In this document: piece after piece, positions 56,593 to 64,000 of the stretch
How positions within the stretch are numbered: position 1 is the first letter of the stretch
Layout: the number at the start of each line of letters is the position of its first letter
NCBI GenBank assembly: GCA_965243025.1
Contig: CBDETY010000003.1
Location: 2,912,001-2,976,000 of the forward strand
Source: Candidatus Latescibacterota bacterium
Lineage (GTDB): Bacteria; Latescibacterota; UBA2968; UBA8231
Direction: 5' to 3'
Length of the DNA: 64,000 nucleotides
Position numbers and translations under genes: made by a program
The notes under the pieces: generated by a model
The model's input: the letters and a program-made list of their open reading frames with translations, nothing else
Told to the model about the DNA's origin: nothing
Databases searched by the model: none

Positions 56593-58923
56593 ATGCGAAT
56601 GAGCTTCAACCCACCTGGCAAGCTTGGCTGCGGCGGAGGTCTCAAAGTTGAAACCAGGTTGATCGGGAAAGACAGACCGCCATCCCGACGAATAGCTGAT
56701 GTGGCAGCTGTTCTGTGTTTCCTCGCAGTGCTCGCAGGGGGATTCCCGAACGCTTTGGAGGCCGGCGCGGACTTCGAGGAGAGTCATCGGCGCATGGTGG
56801 CCCTGTTGCAGCAGGTCGAGGCACAAAGCCGCCAGAACAATCCCTACCAGAGCGAAAGCGAAGCGCAGCGATGGCGTCAACGGTTGCGGTTCATTTCGGA
56901 AAGTTCACCGAGCCGCGCCAGGGTGGAAGCAAATTTCCATCTGGGGGTAGCCGAACTGTTTCTGGGAAATGAACGCCTGGCCATCGAGCACCTGACTGCG
57001 GCCGACAGTCTCCTGGCCAGCATGAGCGGGGCTCCGGACGAGGTCCTCAACGAACTGAAATTCCGCCTCGGGGTCGCCTTTCTACGTCTCGGCGAAACCC
57101 AGAACTGCCGCCAGCACTACACCCCGGAAAGCTGCATACTGCCAATCAGGGACGGCGGCGTCCACGTTCTTCCGGAAGGATCCCAGGCAGCGGTCAAACA
57201 GTTTGCCGCCGTGCTGACCAACACCGGCCCCGGAACCAATTGGCACATGGAGGCTTTGTGGCTGCTGAACCTCGCCTACATGACCCTGGGCCGGTATCCG
57301 CACGAGGTGCCGGCGGAATACCTGATCCCGCCGGAGGCTTTCGCGGCCGAGGAAACCTTCCCCCATTTCGCCAATATTGCCCAGGGCCTCGGGCTCGATA
57401 CCGTCAGCCTGTCAGGTGGAGCCGTGGCCGATGATTTCGACGGCGACCACTACCTGGATCTGCTCGTCTCCACCTCGGACGCGGCAGGGCCCATCCGTTT
57501 CTTCCACAACGATAGGAACGGCACTTTTTCCGAGCGCACCGAGGCCGCCGGCCTGACGGGCATTTTCGGCGGCCTCAACATGGTCCAGGCGGACTACGAC
57601 AACGATGGCGCCCTCGATGTCCTGGTGCTGCGCGGGGCCTGGTTCGGGGCCGCTGGCCAGCACCCCAACTCCCTGCTGCGAAATCGGGGCGATGGCACCT
57701 TTGTCGACGTGACCTTCGCCGCCGGGCTGGGCGAATACCACTATCCCACCCAGACCGCCGCCTGGGCGGATTACGACAACGACGGAGACGTCGATGTCTA
57801 CATCGGCAATGAATCGACCGACGAGCTGTATGCCCCCAGCGAGCTGTTCCGCAACGAGGGGGATGGCACCTTTGTCGATGTGGCGGCCCAGGCCGGCGTC
57901 CTCAACGACCAGTTCACCAAGGCGGTGGTGTGGGGGGACTACGACGGAGACCGACGTCCGGACCTGTACGTGTCGAATCTGGGCGGGCCAAACCGCCTGT
58001 ATCGCAACCTGGGGGACGGCGCGTTCACCAATGTGGCGTTGGAACTGGGGGTATTCCGCCCTCTGCACAGTTTTCCGGCCTGGTTCTGGGATTTCGACAA
58101 CGACGGTGCCCTCGACCTGTTCGTGGCAGCCTATGCCGCGGGAATCGCCACAGTGGCCGCCTCCTACCTCGATCGGCCCTTCAAGTTGGAGCCGACCCGG
58201 ATGCACCTCTACCGGGGCGACGGACAAGGGGGGTTTTCCGAAGTCGGCAAGCAGTGCAACCTGCTCCGTCCCACCAAGCCCATGGGGGCCAACTTCGGGG
58301 ACATCGACAATGACGGCTATCTCGATTTTTACCTGGGAACCGGCGACGTGGATTACATCTATCTCATACCCAACCTGTTTTACCGCAACCTTGCCGGCAG
58401 GCGCTTCGCCGACGTGACCGCAGGGGCGGGCATGGGGCACCTGCAGAAGGGCCACGGGGTCGTCTTCGCCGATCTTGACAACGACGGCGACCAGGATCTG
58501 TTCGAACAGATGGGCGGTGCCTACCTGGGGGACAAATACGGCGACAGCCTCTACGAAAACCCGGGGTTCGGCAACAGGTGGCTGGCGGTCAAGGCGGTAG
58601 GAACGCAATCGAACCGGGCGGCCATCGGGGCCCGGATTCGAGTGCAGGTGGTAGAGGGTGGCGAGCGGCGGACCGTTTACAAATACGTCAACGGCGGGGG
58701 GACCTTCGGGGCCAATCCGCTACGGCAGACTATCGGCCTGGGGCGGGCCGAGCGGATCGAGGAACTGGAAGTTTACTGGCCGACCACGAACCAGACCCAG
58801 AAGTTCACCCATGTGCCCCTGGATGCCTTCATCCAGATCGTGGAAGGCAGCGATCGCTTCAACCGGCTGGAAGTTCAACCGTGCGCGTTCGCCGTATCCA
58901 ACCGCCCGGCGCATTCTCACTGA
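56593..58923 (+). CDS. CRTAC1 family protein (N-terminal helical Cys-containing domain + FG-GAP + ASPIC/UnbV)
   Basis: LRLGETQNC...SCILPI, FG-GAP repeats, GHLQKGHG and IGLG...YWP. The true start may be somewhat downstream. Confidence 0.88.
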   Translation: MRMSFNPPGKLGCGGGLKVETRLIGKDRPPSRRIADVAAVLCFLAVLAGGFPNALEAGADFEESHRRMVALLQQVEAQSRQNNPYQSESEAQRWRQRLRFISESSPSRARVEANFHLGVAELFLGNERLAIEHLTAADSLLASMSGAPDEVLNELKFRLGVAFLRLGETQNCRQHYTPESCILPIRDGGVHVLPEGSQAAVKQFAAVLTNTGPGTNWHMEALWLLNLAYMTLGRYPHEVPAEYLIPPEAFAAEETFPHFANIAQGLGLDTVSLSGGAVADDFDGDHYLDLLVSTSDAAGPIRFFHNDRNGTFSERTEAAGLTGIFGGLNMVQADYDNDGALDVLVLRGAWFGAAGQHPNSLLRNRGDGTFVDVTFAAGLGEYHYPTQTAAWADYDNDGDVDVYIGNESTDELYAPSELFRNEGDGTFVDVAAQAGVLNDQFTKAVVWGDYDGDRRPDLYVSNLGGPNRLYRNLGDGAFTNVALELGVFRPLHSFPAWFWDFDNDGALDLFVAAYAAGIATVAASYLDRPFKLEPTRMHLYRGDGQGGFSEVGKQCNLLRPTKPMGANFGDIDNDGYLDFYLGTGDVDYIYLIPNLFYRNLAGRRFADVTAGAGMGHLQKGHGVVFADLDNDGDQDLFEQMGGAYLGDKYGDSLYENPGFGNRWLAVKAVGTQSNRAAIGARIRVQVVEGGERRTVYKYVNGGGTFGANPLRQTIGLGRAERIEELEVYWPTTNQTQKFTHVPLDAFIQIVEGSDRFNRLEVQPCAFAVSNRPAHSH

Positions 58924-59079
58924 TTCCTGCCCCATCGATTTCTTGATCTTGCGATAGCCCGTGCCATGGCTCCTCCCGGGTCGGGTATTCACGGCATCCG
59001 GGCCGGTGCCTGATTCTGATCCCGGAACTTGCTTCAACCCACGCGCGACCGCATCCCGCCTTCTTCCGACAGGCACCGG

Positions 59080-60993
59080 TCATTCGTTGTCCTCGGGCAC
59101 GAAGGAGCCCTCCCGATACGCGTACGCCGCATCGTCGAAGAGGTAGCGCCCGTGGAGCTCCGACCAGTGGGCGCCGCCGGCGACGATCAGACGGCCGTTG
59201 AGATCGCTCGCCGAACCCCACGACTGTTCCGTGGGCAGCGGCGGTCCGGGCCGCCATGAGCCCTCGTTCGGATCATACCGGAACGTGCGCTTGGTACCGA
59301 CGCCCCCAAGCACCCAGATTTCCCCGTCGTGAGCCGCCACCTGCGCCGCCTGGGGCATGTGCCACAGTCTGGGCAGCTCGCTCCATGACCCCGCCTTTGG
59401 ATCGTAGGAGAAAGCGGCGTCTTTCGAGATACAGTAGATGACGTCGTCGAGGACAGCGCCGGCGAACTGCCGCATCGGTTCCGGCAGAGGCGGCTCGATG
59501 CTCCACCGCGATTCGCCCGACCCGACGCTCTCGACCGAAGTCATCGGCGTCGAGTAGTCACTGGCGCCGCCGATGGCGTACACGCGGTTGCCGGCCGTCA
59601 CCGCCACCGGCTCCTGCCGCGCCTCGTTCAGGGGCGCACCGAGCCGCCACGCCCCGGTGCGCGGATCGAAAATCTGTACGGTTGCCGTCGACACCCTGGT
59701 TTCGTCGACGTTGACGGCGCCGCCGACCACCCATACGTCCCCGTCGAGCGTGGCGATGCCGTTGTAACAGAGATCCTCCTGCAGTTTTCCCGCCACCCTC
59801 CAGACCTGGGTGGCGCTGTCGTACTCCCAGAGTTCGTCGAACCAGTGGTGCCGGGCGGGGTATCCCCAACCGGCCGTCACCCCTCCGGCAGTATACAGCC
59901 GGCTATCCACCTCGACGGAGAAGATGTCGTGGTTGCTCCCCGGCAATGGGCTGAGCACCTCCCAGTGGCGCTGCCAGGCGAGCGGATGCGCCATCTTGCG
60001 GTAAAGCCTCGATCCGATGCCCAGCCAGACCTGGCCTTCGGAGTCGCTGTAGACGACGTCCGCCGGGGCCGGCAGCACCCCGTCGGTCAGGTGAACGATT
60101 TCGGCTTTGCGGATTTCGCGGGCGTAGTCGATTTCGATGACCTCGCCCGACGAAAAACAGGCGAGGGCCTTGCCGTCGGGCGAGCGGCCCAGGGAGGTGA
60201 CCGGACCAGTCGGAAGGCTGAGGGGGGCGGGAAGCTCGAGCCATCCCGCGTCTGCTTCGAGTGGGTCAAGCCGCCGCAGGCCATCCGCTCCCCCGACCCA
60301 GACGAACCCGCTGACATCGGTGACGAGGCAGGACCAGGGCCCTCCCCGGGAAGGGCCGGCATCCCGCCAATCGGCAGGCGCATCCGAGGCCCGTACAAGC
60401 ACCTGGTCTCCCGACGAGGACAGCGACCAGGAATTGCCGTGCACGTCCCTTGCCAGGGGAACCGCCCCCAGTCCGCCGGCCGCCGTCGGAGCGGGAGCGT
60501 ACGCCCCGTCTGCGCGCCTCAGGGAAGGAGCGCCCTCCACCCAAATCTCGCCCGAGCTCGAACGCACCACCCGGCAGTCTCCCGAGGCCGGAGAGCCAAA
60601 GCGGTCCGTGACCTCGGTGGGGCGAGAAGGCTCCCCTTTGTCCCCATCTCCCCCACCCACCCGGGATGCCTCTTCCGCAGAAAGGCGCATGATTCTGGCT
60701 TCTCCACCCACCCTGATCGTAAAAAACAGATACCCGTCGAGAGAAGCCGCCGCAGAGACAACTTCCCCCTGGTAGACCGGCTCGTACCCCTCGTCAGTCA
60801 CCGATGCGAGGCCGCCACCGGCTCCGCCGACTACGGCGAACAGCCCGGACCCCGAAGCTTCGAACAGCTGTCGCGCCGGTCCGGGAAACTCTGCGGTCAA
60901 AGTCATGACGGTGTCGATTTCCCCCGCCCACGACGGCTTTGCAGGGGAAAGGGCAACAAGGGTGAGAAATGACAGCAACGCCGCTTTTTTCAT
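59080..60993 (-). CDS. secreted Kelch repeat beta-propeller protein
   Basis: Signal MKKAALLSFLTLVAL and C-terminal Kelch repeats (LYTAGG, VWVVGG, VYAIGG, IWVLGG, LIVAGG). The N-terminal half resembles another propeller. Confidence 0.85.
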   Translation of the reverse strand: MKKAALLSFLTLVALSPAKPSWAGEIDTVMTLTAEFPGPARQLFEASGSGLFAVVGGAGGGLASVTDEGYEPVYQGEVVSAAASLDGYLFFTIRVGGEARIMRLSAEEASRVGGGDGDKGEPSRPTEVTDRFGSPASGDCRVVRSSSGEIWVEGAPSLRRADGAYAPAPTAAGGLGAVPLARDVHGNSWSLSSSGDQVLVRASDAPADWRDAGPSRGGPWSCLVTDVSGFVWVGGADGLRRLDPLEADAGWLELPAPLSLPTGPVTSLGRSPDGKALACFSSGEVIEIDYAREIRKAEIVHLTDGVLPAPADVVYSDSEGQVWLGIGSRLYRKMAHPLAWQRHWEVLSPLPGSNHDIFSVEVDSRLYTAGGVTAGWGYPARHHWFDELWEYDSATQVWRVAGKLQEDLCYNGIATLDGDVWVVGGAVNVDETRVSTATVQIFDPRTGAWRLGAPLNEARQEPVAVTAGNRVYAIGGASDYSTPMTSVESVGSGESRWSIEPPLPEPMRQFAGAVLDDVIYCISKDAAFSYDPKAGSWSELPRLWHMPQAAQVAAHDGEIWVLGGVGTKRTFRYDPNEGSWRPGPPLPTEQSWGSASDLNGRLIVAGGAHWSELHGRYLFDDAAYAYREGSFVPEDNE

Positions 60994-61090
60994 TTGCTTA
61001 CTCTCCAAGTCGGGGGTCCCATACTGCGCTTTCGTGGTGCGGCCTTTCTCCAGTGGACAGGAGGGCGCCCGAGGGAATCGGGTGAGGCCA

Positions 61091-63505
61091 CTACCCGCCG
61101 CCAAGGGCGTACGAACGAAGTGATATCGTCCTGTACTCCTTGTCCCCTTCGACGATTTCAATCGATTGATCCATTTCCACGTCGAGAAACCTCTGCGTGA
61201 GATCGCTGGTCGGCCAGTAGACTTCAATCGAATCAATCCTTGTCGCGTTCCCAAGGCCGATATTCTGCCGAAGCGGGTTGCAACCGAAGCTTCCGCCGCT
61301 GCTGACGCGACGGTAGATCGACCGTGTCTTCCCGTTTTCCAGTATCTCCACATGGATTCTTGCCCCGATTGCCGATCGGTTGGAATTTCGGCCGACCAGC
61401 TTCAAGGTGATCCAGCGGTGACCGAAGCCGGGGTTTTCAAAGAGGGCGTCGTTGTATTTGTCGCCTGTCAGTTGTCCTCCCATCTGGACGTACACATCCT
61501 GATCCCCATCGTTGTCGATGTCGGCAAAACTGACTCCATGCCCCTTCTGCAGATGGCCGAACCCGCCTCCCATCGTGACGTTGGCAAACCTGGATCCGCC
61601 CTGGTTCAGGAACATCACGTTGGGTCGCAAAGCCCAGTAGGGAACGTCGCCCGTGGCCAGGTAAAAATCGAGATACCCGTCGCCGTTCAAATCGCCGAAG
61701 TTGGCCCCCATGGGCGCGGCTGGATAGGCGAGATTCTGCTCGCTGGCCACGTCTGCGAAACCCCCCCGGCCGTCGCCGCGCCAGAGCGCCGGAAATTCGA
61801 ACCTTCTGGTCAATGGGTTGTTTCCGCTTCCGATGCTGCCCGTGATCTGCAATATTCCCTGCGCCAGGTCGATCCGTTCGCCGACGGAGTCCAGTGAAAT
61901 CACCCCGACGTTTCCCGATGTGCTGCTGACGAACAGGTCCAACGCCCCGTCGTTGTCGAAATCCCAGAACCAGACCGGAAACGGATATTGCGGCCGGGTC
62001 TTCATGACCTTGGAGGACACGTCCGTGAAGGTCCCGTCCCGGTTGTTGTGAAACAGGGCATTCCGCGACCTTCCGGCTACGTACAGATCCGGAAAGCCAT
62101 CATTGTCGTAGTCGCCCCAGACCGTGCCCATCGCAAAAGTATGGATGTCCACTCCCGCCGGTTCGGCGACGTCGGTAAACGTTCCGTCGCCGTTGTTGCG
62201 AAACAGCTGCGAAGGCGCGCGCATTCCCTGAGGCGTCCATTGCGGACCGGTCGTTCTGGATGACTCGTTTGCCACGAACAGATCGAGGGCACCGTCGTTG
62301 TCGTAATCCGCCCAAGCGGCCGTCTTGACAGGGTAGTGAACCTCACCGAGGCCGGCGTCGAAAGTCACGTCGGTAAAGGTCCCGTTTCCATTGTTTCGGA
62401 GCAGCGAGTTGGGGTGCCGGCCCATCTTTCCGTGCCAGGCCCCGCGCACGATGAAGACGTCGAGGTTCCCATCGTTGTCGTAGTCCGCCTGGACCATGTT
62501 GAGGCCGCCGTAGATGCCGGCCAGCCCCGCGGCCCGGGTGCGTTCGCGGAAGGTGCCGTCCCGGTTGTTGAGGAAAAAGCGGGTTTGCCCCGTCGGGGCG
62601 GAAGAGGTGACGAATACATCGAGGTAGTCGTCGTTGTCGAAGTCATCCACGATTGCACCGCCGGCGTGGTTGTATGTGTTCATCGCCAGTTTGGGAGCGA
62701 CGTTCTCAAACCGGGGGAATTCGACCTCGGACTGAAAAAACCCGGGTGGGATCAGGTACTGTTCCGGTACCCGATGGGGGTACTCCCCAAGCGTCATATA
62801 AGCGATGTTGAGCAGCCACTGGGCCGCCGCGTGCCATTTGCCCCCTTTGCGTTGCCGCGCGGAGATGGCGTCGGCTTCCAGCATCTCCGTGAAGTATCTG
62901 ATTGCGTAGCGCGATCCTTTTTCAAGGCTGTGCAGTCCGCCCCCCTGAATCGGCAGGATACAGCTGTCGCCGCTGTGACGCAGACAGCAGTTTTCGGTTT
63001 CCCCCAAGCGCAGATAGGCAAGCCCCAGGGAGAACTTTATGCCGTTGAACGCCTGAATCTTCATATCGGGATCGGGGAAGATCACCCGGGGAAGCAATTC
63101 GTTCGCCTCCGTCAGGTATTCGATCGCCAGGTGCGGGAATTCTTCGAAGTCCAACGAAGTCAGTCCAGCAAGATTCAAAGCGACCAGTCGTTCAAGCTTG
63201 TCCGCATCGGGACCGAGCGCTTCCAGGGCCTGACGCCGGTGAAGGTGTGCCTTGCGACCGAAGTACTGATACTCGTCGGAGGCGCGATTCTTGATATCCT
63301 CCAGAACCGCAAGCATTTTCCGGTGGCCCGCGGGGAATTCGACGGAAACCCTGGTTTCTCCAGTTGGATTTTCCTTGTCCGTAATCGAGTCGCGACCCGG
63401 CTGAGGCAGGGCCTGGCTGTTTTCGCAACTGGAAAGAACGAGAATCAGGCAAGCGGAAAAGACGCAACCCGGACGATTCAACACGTGGGCAAACCTGGTT
63501 TCCAT
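61091..63505 (-). CDS. CRTAC1 family lipoprotein (N-terminal helical Cys-containing domain + FG-GAP + ASPIC/UnbV)
   Basis: Lipobox LSSC, LRLGETENC...SCILPI, FG-GAP repeats and GHLQKGHG. Paralog of 56593. Confidence 0.88.
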   Translation of the reverse strand: METRFAHVLNRPGCVFSACLILVLSSCENSQALPQPGRDSITDKENPTGETRVSVEFPAGHRKMLAVLEDIKNRASDEYQYFGRKAHLHRRQALEALGPDADKLERLVALNLAGLTSLDFEEFPHLAIEYLTEANELLPRVIFPDPDMKIQAFNGIKFSLGLAYLRLGETENCCLRHSGDSCILPIQGGGLHSLEKGSRYAIRYFTEMLEADAISARQRKGGKWHAAAQWLLNIAYMTLGEYPHRVPEQYLIPPGFFQSEVEFPRFENVAPKLAMNTYNHAGGAIVDDFDNDDYLDVFVTSSAPTGQTRFFLNNRDGTFRERTRAAGLAGIYGGLNMVQADYDNDGNLDVFIVRGAWHGKMGRHPNSLLRNNGNGTFTDVTFDAGLGEVHYPVKTAAWADYDNDGALDLFVANESSRTTGPQWTPQGMRAPSQLFRNNGDGTFTDVAEPAGVDIHTFAMGTVWGDYDNDGFPDLYVAGRSRNALFHNNRDGTFTDVSSKVMKTRPQYPFPVWFWDFDNDGALDLFVSSTSGNVGVISLDSVGERIDLAQGILQITGSIGSGNNPLTRRFEFPALWRGDGRGGFADVASEQNLAYPAAPMGANFGDLNGDGYLDFYLATGDVPYWALRPNVMFLNQGGSRFANVTMGGGFGHLQKGHGVSFADIDNDGDQDVYVQMGGQLTGDKYNDALFENPGFGHRWITLKLVGRNSNRSAIGARIHVEILENGKTRSIYRRVSSGGSFGCNPLRQNIGLGNATRIDSIEVYWPTSDLTQRFLDVEMDQSIEIVEGDKEYRTISLRSYALGGG

Positions 63506-63754
63506 CGGGATGCAGTGTACCGTCGAATTTCCGTGGACCGGATCCGCGGCGCATCGGCAGGCAGGGAATGTTATCGGCCCATTCGAGGACCTGCAGATCC
63601 TTCACCCGGCGGCGCGGCGGACAGGGGAGGATTCGATGCGATGCGTCCTCCGCGGCAGCCGATGTCGCGGCTGAAACGGGTCGGGGGCCGCGGGGGGGCG
63701 ATAGTACTGACAAGGAGGGGCTGCGACAAGCGGTCTCCGGCGGAAGCTGCGAAA

Positions 63755-64000
63755 ATGGATGCAGATCCACAGGAACTGCTCGAGCAGGGCTTCGTCATCC
63801 TGCGCCGAGCCGTCCCCGGCGGCGAGCTCGCGCGCATGCGCGAGAGCTGCGAGCGGCTGCTCGACCGCCAGAAGGAGACCTGGAGGCGGGAGCGCCAACC
63901 GGGAGACCCTCCCGGCGGGGAGTGGGAGCTCGCCGGGCAGCCCCGCGTCTCCATCGACAAGGTCGTCGACGAGTCGACCGCCCACGTCGTCGACTTCTGT
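63755..64000 (+). CDS. probable phytanoyl-CoA dioxygenase family protein, 3' truncated by window edge
   Basis: Open frame MDADPQELLEQGFVILRRAVP...ELARMR runs to the window end. The GFVILR start is typical of PhyH-like proteins, but the catalytic motifs lie outside the window. Confidence 0.6.
   Translation, partial: MDADPQELLEQGFVILRRAVPGGELARMRESCERLLDRQKETWRRERQPGDPPGGEWELAGQPRVSIDKVVDESTAHVVDFC

Overview
GC-rich, gene-dense bacterial window. The gene content (DUF6785-type membrane protein, many FG-GAP/ASPIC-UnbV and TPR proteins, FTPNGDG/FlgD-Ig-tailed proteins, a TAVxxxSWGxIK-tailed protein) suggests, by inference only, an FCB-group lineage such as Latescibacterota or Gemmatimonadota. I found no rRNA, tRNA, CRISPR array, transposase, integrase or reverse transcriptase. 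1-24 kb is an envelope cluster: CRTAC1-like (FG-GAP + ASPIC/UnbV) proteins, TPR proteins, a GT39-like glycosyltransferase, a 7-heme cytochrome c, two SGNH hydrolases, a PpiC foldase, an MFS/spermidine-synthase fusion and a sulfatase. Its first gene has an in-frame UGA followed 11 nt later by an fdhF-like SECIS hairpin, so it is probably a selenoprotein fused to a CxxC thioredoxin domain. 24.8-30.5 kb holds sugar-related genes, including a frameshifted amidohydrolase. 30.7-55 kb is the most unusual part: six secreted proteins with discoidin-like domains and a shared FTPNGDGxND...xAY C-terminal domain, plus three ~950-aa paralogous putative outer-membrane barrels. A 1.2-kb direct repeat and a 1.27-kb inverted repeat make the C-terminal halves identical or nearly so, while the N-terminal parts are variable and mosaic. 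55-64 kb has an enolase-superfamily enzyme, two convergent CRTAC1-like paralogs around a Kelch protein, and a truncated PhyH-like gene. All family calls come from motif recognition by eye, not from database searches.
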